A stretch of 24,000 bases of DNA from Streptomyces griseus (lineage in GTDB: Bacteria > Bdellovibrionota > Bdellovibrionia > Bdellovibrionales > Bdellovibrionaceae): assembly GCA_943330705.2 (NCBI GenBank), contig CALQIT020000030.1:740-24739 (forward strand), read 5' to 3'. The position numbers and the translations under genes are program-made. Numbering within the stretch: position 1 is the first letter of the stretch; each line of letters opens with the position of its first letter. The notes below the pieces were generated by a model. It ran no database searches and was not told where the DNA came from. It was given only the letters and a program-made list of their open reading frames with translations. Shown here piece after piece: positions 7,240-13,986 of the stretch.

Positions 7240-8520
7240 ATGCACCAACTCGTGTTAGCGTCAGAGTCGCCTCGCCGAAAACAACTGCTTTTGGAAGCAG
7301 GGTATTTTTTTGAGACTTTCTTAGTTAAAGTATCGGAACATCTTGAGAAAAACCTAAGTGTGGATGCGCAAATTCATGACATCGCCGGCAAAAAAGCTGA
7401 AGCCGCTTTTGCAGCATATAAGCCTTTGAAACAACAAGACTATTTACTGCTTTCTGCAGATACGATGGTTTGCCTTGAAGGACAGAATTTAGGCAAACCC
7501 CAAACCAAGGTCCAGGCCTGTCAATTTCTTCGACAACTTTCAGGTCGAGCCCACCAGGTCAAGACGGCCATTTGTTTGATCGAAGGACGTTGCCAAGGAG
7601 CAATTTTCTCAAGGGGGAAGACCCTATTTTCATTAGCGACCACCACCGTAAACTTTAGAAACTTATCGGATTCTGAAATTGAAAATTATGTTTCCAGCGG
7701 TGCCGCAATGGATAAAGCCGGCGGCTATGGAATTCAAGACAAGGGTGCTAATTTTGTAAGCTCTATCGACGGGCCCTATGACAACGTCGTTGGTTTGCCA
7801 CGAGATCTTTTGGCAACTTTACTTGGTGAAAATAATTTGCAGGTAGAAAAATCAATAATTTCGGTTGCGCAACAGATTCAAGCTCATGATCTTCGGCAAT
7901 GTGGCGCACAAATCGTCGCTGTTTCAAAATTACATTCCAGTGAAAAAGTTCGCGATCTTTACCAGAAAGGTCAGCATATTTTTGCAGAAAATTACGTGCA
8001 AGAAGCAATTTTAAAAATTGAAAACCTAAAAGACCTAGCACATATTCGTTGGCACTTTATTGGTCATTTACAAAAAAACAAAGTCAAATCTGTGGTCGGA
8101 CTATTTGATATAATTCACTCTGTAGATTCGGTTTTACTAGCTGAAATGATCGATCGAATCGCTCAGCAAAAAGGGCTTAAACAGAAAATATTAATTCAAG
8201 TCAACTTAGGAAACGAAGCCAGCAAAAGCGGATTTTCTGCAGAAAATCTGACCTCTGAAGTTGTTAAACTGAAGGATTTGAAGAACATTTGCGTCGTCGG
8301 TTGGATGGCGATGCCCCCCCCCTTTTCAATTCCGGAACAGGCCAGACCCTTTTTCTGTCAGTTGCGCAACCTGCGCGATCAATTTTTGCCATTGCTGCCC
8401 GAGGCCACAGCCCTGAGTATGGGGACCAGCTCGGATTATATAATTGCGGTTGAAGAAGGAGCTACTCTGGTTCGTCTTGGTACAATTATTTTTGGTGAAA
8501 GACCGCGCAAACAACCTTGA
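7240..8520 (+). CDS. Fusion protein: Maf-like nucleoside-triphosphate pyrophosphatase (N-terminal, about res 1-196) plus YggS-family PLP-binding protein (C-terminal, about res 205-424)
   Basis: Maf motifs: LVLASESPRRKQLLLEAG, LLSADTMV, MDKAGGYGIQDKG, GPYDNVVGLP. YggS motifs: IVAVSKLHS (PLP lysine), FAENYVQEA, IRWHFIGHLQKNKVK, IIHSVDS, LIQVNLGNEASKSGF, VVGWMAMPP, LSMGTSSDY, GATLVRLGTIIFGER. The ORF is a single uninterrupted 426 codons. Confidence 0.85.
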   Translation: MHQLVLASESPRRKQLLLEAGYFFETFLVKVSEHLEKNLSVDAQIHDIAGKKAEAAFAAYKPLKQQDYLLLSADTMVCLEGQNLGKPQTKVQACQFLRQLSGRAHQVKTAICLIEGRCQGAIFSRGKTLFSLATTTVNFRNLSDSEIENYVSSGAAMDKAGGYGIQDKGANFVSSIDGPYDNVVGLPRDLLATLLGENNLQVEKSIISVAQQIQAHDLRQCGAQIVAVSKLHSSEKVRDLYQKGQHIFAENYVQEAILKIENLKDLAHIRWHFIGHLQKNKVKSVVGLFDIIHSVDSVLLAEMIDRIAQQKGLKQKILIQVNLGNEASKSGFSAENLTSEVVKLKDLKNICVVGWMAMPPPFSIPEQARPFFCQLRNLRDQFLPLLPEATALSMGTSSDYIIAVEEGATLVRLGTIIFGERPRKQP

Positions 8521-8527
8521 TGCAGTC

Positions 8528-8556
8528 TTGCGTTGAGTTCAAAGAGGCCATACAAT
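8528..8556 (+). promoter_or_regulatory. Candidate sigma-70-type promoter for proC-divIVA-yggU (TTGCGT, 17 nt spacer, TACAAT)
   Basis: TTGCGT at 8528-8533, a 17-nt spacer, and TACAAT at 8551-8556. The element lies in the 105-nt gap after the maf-yggS stop and about 70 nt upstream of the proC start. This is sequence pattern only. Confidence 0.35.
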
Positions 8557-8625
8557 TTTTAAATAGAGAATCCGTTGCCAAACAAAGGGTCTCCGGATTT
8601 TTCAATATTCAAGTGGGAGCTTGCC

Positions 8626-9444
8626 TTGAAAATTCATCTTAAAATCGGCTTTATTGGCGTTGGTAACTTGGCCCAAACAGTGATTAAAGGTTTAATCGAA
8701 AACAAGGTTGTCGAGGCAAAATCAATATTTGGCTCTAATCGTTCCGACGGAAAATTACAAAAAATCGCAGACCTTTACGGTATAAATGCCTGTGCGACCA
8801 ACGAAGAAGTCGTCGACAAAGCTGATGTCATTGTCATAGCGACCAAACCGCAGGACCTGGCCGGGGCAATTGAACCCATTGCTTCGGTATTTACTGAAAA
8901 ACAAATGTTGATCTCGCTGGCGGCCGGCGTCACCCTTCGTCAGCTACGAAAAAAGTTGCCGCAATGTCGAATCGTTCGGCTAATGCCCAATACTCCGTCA
9001 CTTATTAGTCGTGGGGTCATTGGATTCGTCATGAATGAAGAGGACCCGGGATTGCAAACAATCGTCGAAGACCTGTTTGAGCCCCTTGGTTATGTTCTAA
9101 AGGTCGAAGATGAAGAAAAGTTTGAGGCACTGATGGTCTCTTGCTCGGCCGGTACTGGTTTTATTTTTGAGCTGATGATGTATTGGCAAGAGTGGATTGA
9201 AGAGCGCGGTTTTGATCCGGACACAGCTCGAAAAATGACTGTAGAAACTTTTCTAGGTGCCTCAATGCTGGCCTCGCAACAGAAAGAAGCTTCTTTGGAA
9301 GATCTGCTACTTAAGGTTTCTTCTAAAAAAGGTGTCACGGCAGCTGGACTTCAGTCCATGCGCGAGCTCGAAATTGAGCGAGCCCTGCGCTATTCTTTCG
9401 AAAAAGCAGCCCTTAGGAATCAGGAGCTTGCGAAAGAGACCTAA
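8626..9444 (+). CDS. proC: Pyrroline-5-carboxylate reductase
   Basis: KIGFIGVGNLAQTVIKGL is the Rossmann GxGxxA motif near the N-terminus. Other matches are VIVIATKPQD, LISLAAGV, VRLMPNTP and the C-terminal dimerisation region (SCSAGTGFIFELM..., SKKGVTAAGL). The ORF track starts at TTG 8575. I prefer the TTG at 8626 because GGGAG lies 6 nt upstream and it gives the usual short N-terminus. The exact start is uncertain. Confidence 0.9.
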   Translation: MKIHLKIGFIGVGNLAQTVIKGLIENKVVEAKSIFGSNRSDGKLQKIADLYGINACATNEEVVDKADVIVIATKPQDLAGAIEPIASVFTEKQMLISLAAGVTLRQLRKKLPQCRIVRLMPNTPSLISRGVIGFVMNEEDPGLQTIVEDLFEPLGYVLKVEDEEKFEALMVSCSAGTGFIFELMMYWQEWIEERGFDPDTARKMTVETFLGASMLASQQKEASLEDLLLKVSSKKGVTAAGLQSMRELEIERALRYSFEKAALRNQELAKET

Positions 9445-9496
9445 GCAGTCCTATCCTAATAAAGTGTGAATCAATTTTGCTTCAAGGAGGAGGCTC

Positions 9497-10042
9497 ATGA
9501 AAATCACTCCGATCGATATTGCCCATAAGGCTTTCAATAAAAAAATGTTTGGCCTGGATGAAAATCAAGTCCTTGACTTTTTGCAACAAATTGCCGCAAC
9601 CATGGAAGACCTTATTCATGAACGCAACAGCCTTAAAGAACTGGTGCGAGAAAAAGAGATTTCAGTCAATGAGTTGCGGGAACGTGATCAAATACTAAAA
9701 ACGACTATCGCTACAGCTTCGCAAATGGCCGACCGCCTTCGTCATGATGCCGACCGCGAAGCCAGATTGATTGTCGCTGATGCCCAGCAAAAATCTGAAA
9801 TCATTACTCGGGACGCAAGGGATTCTCTTAAAAAAACCTACACTGAGCTTTCTGAACTCAAGCGAGCCCGAATGCAGTTTGAAGCAAATCTGAAAGCGTT
9901 GGCACAGGCCCATATCACCTTACTTGAGCAAGGTGAAAAATTTATGCCAAATATAGGAATGCCCAATATGAACATTGAGGGCAGCCCAACTCTTGGACAT
10001 CGGACTACTGAAATTTCACCTTTGTCTTCCGAGCAACTGTGA
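9497..10042 (+). CDS. divIVA: DivIVA-domain protein
   Basis: The N-terminus MKITPIDIAHKAFNKKMFGLDENQVLDFLQQIA matches the DivIVA lipid-binding head (lTPxDIxxKxFxxxxrGYdxxEVDxFLdxv). Coiled-coil heptads follow. A strong RBS (AAGGAGGAGG) lies upstream of the ATG. Confidence 0.85.
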   Translation: MKITPIDIAHKAFNKKMFGLDENQVLDFLQQIAATMEDLIHERNSLKELVREKEISVNELRERDQILKTTIATASQMADRLRHDADREARLIVADAQQKSEIITRDARDSLKKTYTELSELKRARMQFEANLKALAQAHITLLEQGEKFMPNIGMPNMNIEGSPTLGHRTTEISPLSSEQL

Positions 10043-10326
10043 TTGTATCACGACCGGAGGGGGTTGTTGTCTCCCTCCATGTCGTTGCCAATGCCGCAAA
10101 AAATGAAATCATCGGCCCCTATAACAATGCCTTGAAAATAAAAATCAAGTCGCCACCGGTTGATGGCAAAGCCAATGCTGAAATCGAAAGCTTTCTTGCA
10201 AAAAAATTGGGAATCGCAAAAAGTCAGGTCAAAATTTTAAAAGGCGATAAATCAAAAATCAAAAAAGTTCTCATCCGCGGGGTCGCCATCGCTGCGGTCA
10301 CCAAGGCCTTCGGCCTCGATGGGTAA
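10039..10326 (+). CDS. yggU: YggU/DUF167 family protein
   Basis: 95 aa. VSLHVVANAAKNEIIG...LKIKIKSPPVDGKANAEIESFLAKKLGIAKSQVKILKGDKSKIKKVLI matches the DUF167 pattern (l-v-v-pxAkkxxi...l-v-v-apPvdGkANxxlixfLakxlxvxksxvxixxGxtsrxKxv-i). The GTG start forms GTGA with the divIVA stop. Confidence 0.8.
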   Translation: MIVSRPEGVVVSLHVVANAAKNEIIGPYNNALKIKIKSPPVDGKANAEIESFLAKKLGIAKSQVKILKGDKSKIKKVLIRGVAIAAVTKAFGLDG

Positions 10327-10358
10327 CCAGGCGAATTTGCTATAGGATGACCTTATCC

Positions 10359-10778
10359 TTAGTGACTTAAGGCTGACGAATTTATCTTTGCAGAGGAAAA
10401 AGTTCCCTTTAGCAGCGGTGTGAGAGGATTCTTTTGCATTCCAACTTTTGTTGGCTGCTTGCAATCCGGACTGCCATTATAAGGGCGTCCAGATCTTTTC
10501 TTAGCAAGTTCAACTTGGCTGTCTGGCTTCACGTAGCAAGTCATATTGCTTGGCGAATAACAACATTTCTCCGTCGAGTGCGAGCCCACTCCAAAGCATT
10601 GCCGCTTGCCAGAATCCGAGCAAACTTGGTCCACGCATGCTTCCACACATTCGGCGCACCGAGGATCACAAGGCAGTGCCGCCGCAGGGGTTGGCGTCGG
10701 AGTTGAAGAAAGTACCGGTGAAGCTTTCACGACAAAGCTCGCGCTCAAAACTAGTAATCCAAATAAAATAGCCTTCAT
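10359..10778 (-). CDS. Small secreted cysteine-rich protein of unknown function
   Basis: 139 aa. GGGAG RBS lies 6 nt upstream of the ATG. The Sec signal peptide is MKAILFGLLVLSASFVVKASP. A TPTPTP linker follows, then 10 Cys packed into about 70 residues (PCDPRCAECVEACVDQVCSDSGKRQCF...KCCYSPSNMTCY...SPDCK), then a basic tail. No family is recognised. Three long + strand ORFs overlap it, but they lack a signal peptide, an RBS or any recognisable features. Confidence 0.6.
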   Translation of the reverse strand: MKAILFGLLVLSASFVVKASPVLSSTPTPTPAAALPCDPRCAECVEACVDQVCSDSGKRQCFGVGSHSTEKCCYSPSNMTCYVKPDSQVELAKKRSGRPYNGSPDCKQPTKVGMQKNPLTPLLKGTFSSAKINSSALSH

Positions 10779-10967
10779 ATTTTTCTCCCATTCATAGATT
10801 AACTAGAACACCGTAACTGTCACCTTTACCGCGACTGCCAGCGCCACTGAAAAGATTCTAGGCACAAAGAAAAATGAATTCAATGGCTTTTCGGCCACCT
10901 CATCCACCTCATGGTGCTGATAGACCGCATTGATTTCATTGATCTTGGCCCGGGTCACAAAGAAAAT

Positions 10968-12329
10968 TTAGCGATTACCTGGAGTAACTTTCGCCGATTC
11001 AGCAGGGACTTTTTGCCGCAGTTGTTGGCAAACCGGGACTCTTGCTTTAATCGCTGGATGGGCCGACTTCTCCTCTTGAATTGAAACTAGAATTCCAGAA
11101 TCCTTTGGATCGGGCTGGGCCTTGTAGGTAATTCTATAATTTATAACCTCTTCAATCAAGTTGGTTTGAATACGGCGATCCTTGTCCCGACCGCTGAATA
11201 TCTTCCAACGTTTTAAAGCCATAACAAAATCAACTTCCCGGCCCAAAAGGCCTCGAATTTTTTCCTGAATATAGCATTGAGGCAAAAGCTCAGCGACCTG
11301 AGACACATTTTGTTTTTGCTCTAGCACGGTTGCGGGTCTCATCATCACTTGAAAAGCAAACTCAACGGAATTTCGTTTATTGAAGGTTGAGGCCTCAATT
11401 TCCAAGGCTTTGCGAAAACGCTCTTCCAGGGAAGTCTGTGCACTCAAGATCAATTCATTGTTCTTTTTTACAATTTCTTGTTCACTGAAATTGTCTTTAC
11501 ATTGAATGGGCAGATTTGCGTAAAGACCTAAAAAGCCGGCCTCGACGCAAGCAAAGTTCGAGCCCGTGCCAAATTTATCACCCTCTTTGACTTCATGAGC
11601 AGTTGAGACAACTCCAAGTGCTAGGCCGTCGATGGACAATATTGGTGAACCAGAATTTCCGCGAACAATCGGGCATTGCGACATAAATACCAGAGGACTG
11701 AAGTCATTTTTAAAGTGGGGGTTCATCATTGAATTCTGAACCGCCTTACAGCGAATGGTATTCATCACGCCACCATCTTTTGTAGGTGACATTCGTCGGA
11801 CCGTCAAAATTTCTTGATCTTTAATTCCCCTTCGTGAAACCGATATTGGTGGTCGAAAAAAGTCAGACTCTACTCGTAAAAAAGCATAATCCGGACGAAT
11901 TGAGCCCTCACTTATCGGTGGGCTAACATGAATAATCTCTTTGCACCAGCGACGCTCCTCTGGCCGTCCTCGAGTTTTTGGCATGATGATCAAAATTTTA
12001 TTAGCACACGCGGCTTTTTCTTTCCACAGGTCTTCGGGAATGCAGTGAAGATTGGTCGCCACCAGATCACGGCCGACAAGAAAAGCCGTGCAAACACCAT
12101 TCGGACGAATTAACGCGCCAACATTTATCTCGCATTCGCTGTCATCCGCGCAGCTTAAATTCCATTGTATCGCAGATGTCGCGGGCGGCGGGCTACCGAA
12201 GGAAGTCGGATCTTGCGCCGATGCATGCAATAGAACAACCGGAGGTTGCGCCTTGCCTTGGCTGTTTAAAAGAGCACTGATTACCAAGGCTTGAAGAAAA
12301 ATGACCGCTACAAAAAAATAATTGCGCAT
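10968..12329 (-). CDS. Secreted trypsin-like (S1/chymotrypsin-fold) serine protease with a C-terminal extension of about 180 aa of unknown function
   Basis: The signal peptide is MRNYFFVAVIFLQALVISALL. Catalytic-triad motifs appear in the correct order: VATNLHC (His ~95), RPDYAFLRV (Asp ~147) and RGNSGSPIL (Ser ~226). Residues ~275-453 resemble no family I recognise. A GAGGA RBS lies 7 nt upstream, immediately after the rhodanese stop. Confidence 0.75.
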   Translation of the reverse strand: MRNYFFVAVIFLQALVISALLNSQGKAQPPVVLLHASAQDPTSFGSPPPATSAIQWNLSCADDSECEINVGALIRPNGVCTAFLVGRDLVATNLHCIPEDLWKEKAACANKILIIMPKTRGRPEERRWCKEIIHVSPPISEGSIRPDYAFLRVESDFFRPPISVSRRGIKDQEILTVRRMSPTKDGGVMNTIRCKAVQNSMMNPHFKNDFSPLVFMSQCPIVRGNSGSPILSIDGLALGVVSTAHEVKEGDKFGTGSNFACVEAGFLGLYANLPIQCKDNFSEQEIVKKNNELILSAQTSLEERFRKALEIEASTFNKRNSVEFAFQVMMRPATVLEQKQNVSQVAELLPQCYIQEKIRGLLGREVDFVMALKRWKIFSGRDKDRRIQTNLIEEVINYRITYKAQPDPKDSGILVSIQEEKSAHPAIKARVPVCQQLRQKVPAESAKVTPGNR

Positions 12330-12340
12330 TTTAAAATCCT

Positions 12341-12694
12341 CTAAGGTTCGGCCTGAAGGCCCTTGATCCCACCTAGTATATAAAAGGAATTGATCAATCC
12401 TTTCGAGTCCAGTTCTTCAGCAATCGCTTGTGACAAAGTTCCAGTCTGGCAAACGACGACAATCGGGTAATGGTCAGGAAGTTTTCGCTGACTCACTTCC
12501 GCAAGAATTCTTGTTACGGCGGTAAGTTCGCTTTGCATTTCGAAATCAAAAACCAGCGACACTTTTTGGATATGCGAAAGATCTCTAGCATGACAACAAC
12601 CAGAGAAATCAAGACCCGGATGGACTAAAAGAAAGGGAATTTGCGCGCGCACTAAGTTATCAAATTGAAAAAAGCCAATAGGGGCGGCAGTCAT
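12341..12694 (-). CDS. Single-domain rhodanese-like protein
   Basis: 117 aa. PIVVVCQTGTLSQAIAEELDSKGLINSFYILGGIKGL matches the rhodanese active-site loop and C-terminus (vvvyC-x-x-G-x-x-S...L...Gf-nv-xl-GG), which is GlpE/PspE-like CxxGxxS. The start forms ATGA with the MFS stop. Confidence 0.65.
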   Translation of the reverse strand: MTAAPIGFFQFDNLVRAQIPFLLVHPGLDFSGCCHARDLSHIQKVSLVFDFEMQSELTAVTRILAEVSQRKLPDHYPIVVVCQTGTLSQAIAEELDSKGLINSFYILGGIKGLQAEP

Positions 12695-13950
12695 GCTCCC
12701 GCTCCCGCACTTTGCTTTTTTGCAGTTTCTGGCAACTGAGCAAATAAAAAAGTGGTGATCAAAAAGCCCAGTAATGCAATAAATCCCCCGGACAAAAATG
12801 GACTGCTCTGGGTGAAGTGTTGATAAAGAATACCGCCCAAAGCTGGGCCTAAAATCCGACCTAGGGATGCGGCACTTTGTGCAATTCCCAAAACTAGACC
12901 TTGCTCCTCAGCCCCACTTAATAAACTAATGCTGCCCAGAACTGAGGGGTTGGTGAAGCTATTACCGACACCTAAACAAGTCATCACCACCGCCAAACCG
13001 GCCAAGCTTGGGACAAAGGGAATTGCTGCGATACTTAATCCCAGTACCAAAAGGCCAAATACCATCATTCTGCGCTCGCCAACCACTGGTAGTAGTTTTC
13101 GTACCAAGTAACCCTGACAAAAAACTGAAATCAAACCCACGTAAGCAAACCCATAACTGACTTCGCGGATTCCCCATTGATATCGATCCCCTAAAAATAG
13201 AATTAGAGTTGCCTCCATGGTCGACATGGCAAAAGACGAAAGCAGATAGACAATAATCATGGGCCCAAGCAGCGGCCTGCCGACGTATTTAAAAAGCACC
13301 AGCAAGCGATTTTGACGCTTCTCTAAAGCGGGTTCGATGTGATGTTTTGCCCTTAGATGCAAGGACTCGGTCAAATACTTCAGTCCCAGAATGAAGATGA
13401 TCAAACAAAAGATAGAAACGAAAATTCCGGCAAAGCCCGTACCAAAATGTTTTTCAGAAGAAAACGTTTGACCCCATGTTGTAAGAAAACCACCCAGAGC
13501 CGGCCCAATTAGAAATCCTAGACCAAAGGCTGCCCCAATCAATGCCATGCCTTTTGAACGCTCTTTAGGCGGTGTGATATCCGAGATGTAGGCCGCGGCG
13601 GTCGAGATACTGCCCGCAAAAAATCCAGCTAAAATTCGTGATAGAAACAGCATCTCTAGACTTCTTGAAAAGGCAAACAAAAGATACGAAAGACCCTCGC
13701 CCAAAAGGCAAAACAAAAGAATGGGCTTGCGTCCCTTGCGGTCGCTGAGTCTTCCCCAAAATGGCGAAAAAATAAACTGGACGCCCGAATAAACCGACAT
13801 CAACAATCCAACCTGAAAAGCCGATGCACCAAAGTCCCGGGCTAAAAGCGGAATCATCGGGATAATTACACCGAACCCAACTAAATATAAGAATACGATC
13901 AAGAAAATGATCCTTAGTTGAGCACGTCTAGGATCTATGGAGTCCGTCAT
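12691..13950 (-). CDS. MFS transporter (DHA1/tetracycline-efflux-like)
   Basis: 419 aa with about 12 predicted TM segments. MFS motif A is present between TM2 and TM3 (GRLSDRKGRKPILL). The PALGG repeat is typical of the family. Confidence 0.85.
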   Translation of the reverse strand: MTDSIDPRRAQLRIIFLIVFLYLVGFGVIIPMIPLLARDFGASAFQVGLLMSVYSGVQFIFSPFWGRLSDRKGRKPILLFCLLGEGLSYLLFAFSRSLEMLFLSRILAGFFAGSISTAAAYISDITPPKERSKGMALIGAAFGLGFLIGPALGGFLTTWGQTFSSEKHFGTGFAGIFVSIFCLIIFILGLKYLTESLHLRAKHHIEPALEKRQNRLLVLFKYVGRPLLGPMIIVYLLSSFAMSTMEATLILFLGDRYQWGIREVSYGFAYVGLISVFCQGYLVRKLLPVVGERRMMVFGLLVLGLSIAAIPFVPSLAGLAVVMTCLGVGNSFTNPSVLGSISLLSGAEEQGLVLGIAQSAASLGRILGPALGGILYQHFTQSSPFLSGGFIALLGFLITTFLFAQLPETAKKQSAGAGA

Positions 13951-13986
13951 TGATTCCCTCGTATCTTCAAGCCATAATTGATAATT

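Noticed and set aside
750-7241. Considered whether the FHA operon is a fragment of a T6SS (Fha/TagH), a T3SS (YscD) or an anti-phage defence system.
   Set aside because: The window has no TssB/C, Hcp, VgrG or TssM, and no T3SS export-gate genes. It also has no nuclease, NTPase, Sir2 or TIR-type effectors. The only secretion-machine marker is the T2SS-F/TadC-type platform, so a Tad/type IV filament link is the more parsimonious reading.
8569-8603. A hairpin (aatccg...cggatt) followed by TTTT upstream of proC, considered as a possible attenuator or terminator.
   Set aside because: It has only a 6-bp AU-rich stem with a 19-nt loop. This is too weak to call, and it sits downstream of the better-supported candidate promoter.
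10327-10358. A possible terminator between the convergent yggU and cysteine-rich genes (aggat-gacctt-atcct).
   Set aside because: The stem is only 5 bp, with no flanking U-run. This is not sufficient evidence.
10434-10797. Three overlapping + strand ORFs (10434-10706, 10550-10771, 10606-10797) opposite the cysteine-rich gene.
   Set aside because: None has an RBS, a signal peptide or a recognisable motif. The - strand ORF has a GGGAG RBS, a textbook signal peptide and a coherent Cys pattern. This is kept as a caveat in the finding.
10897-10914. A 9-bp direct duplication (ccacctcat x2) in the protease/cysteine-rich intergenic region.
   Set aside because: There are only two copies of a short unit, with no spacer-repeat organisation. 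It is most likely a chance or slippage duplication without an assignable function.
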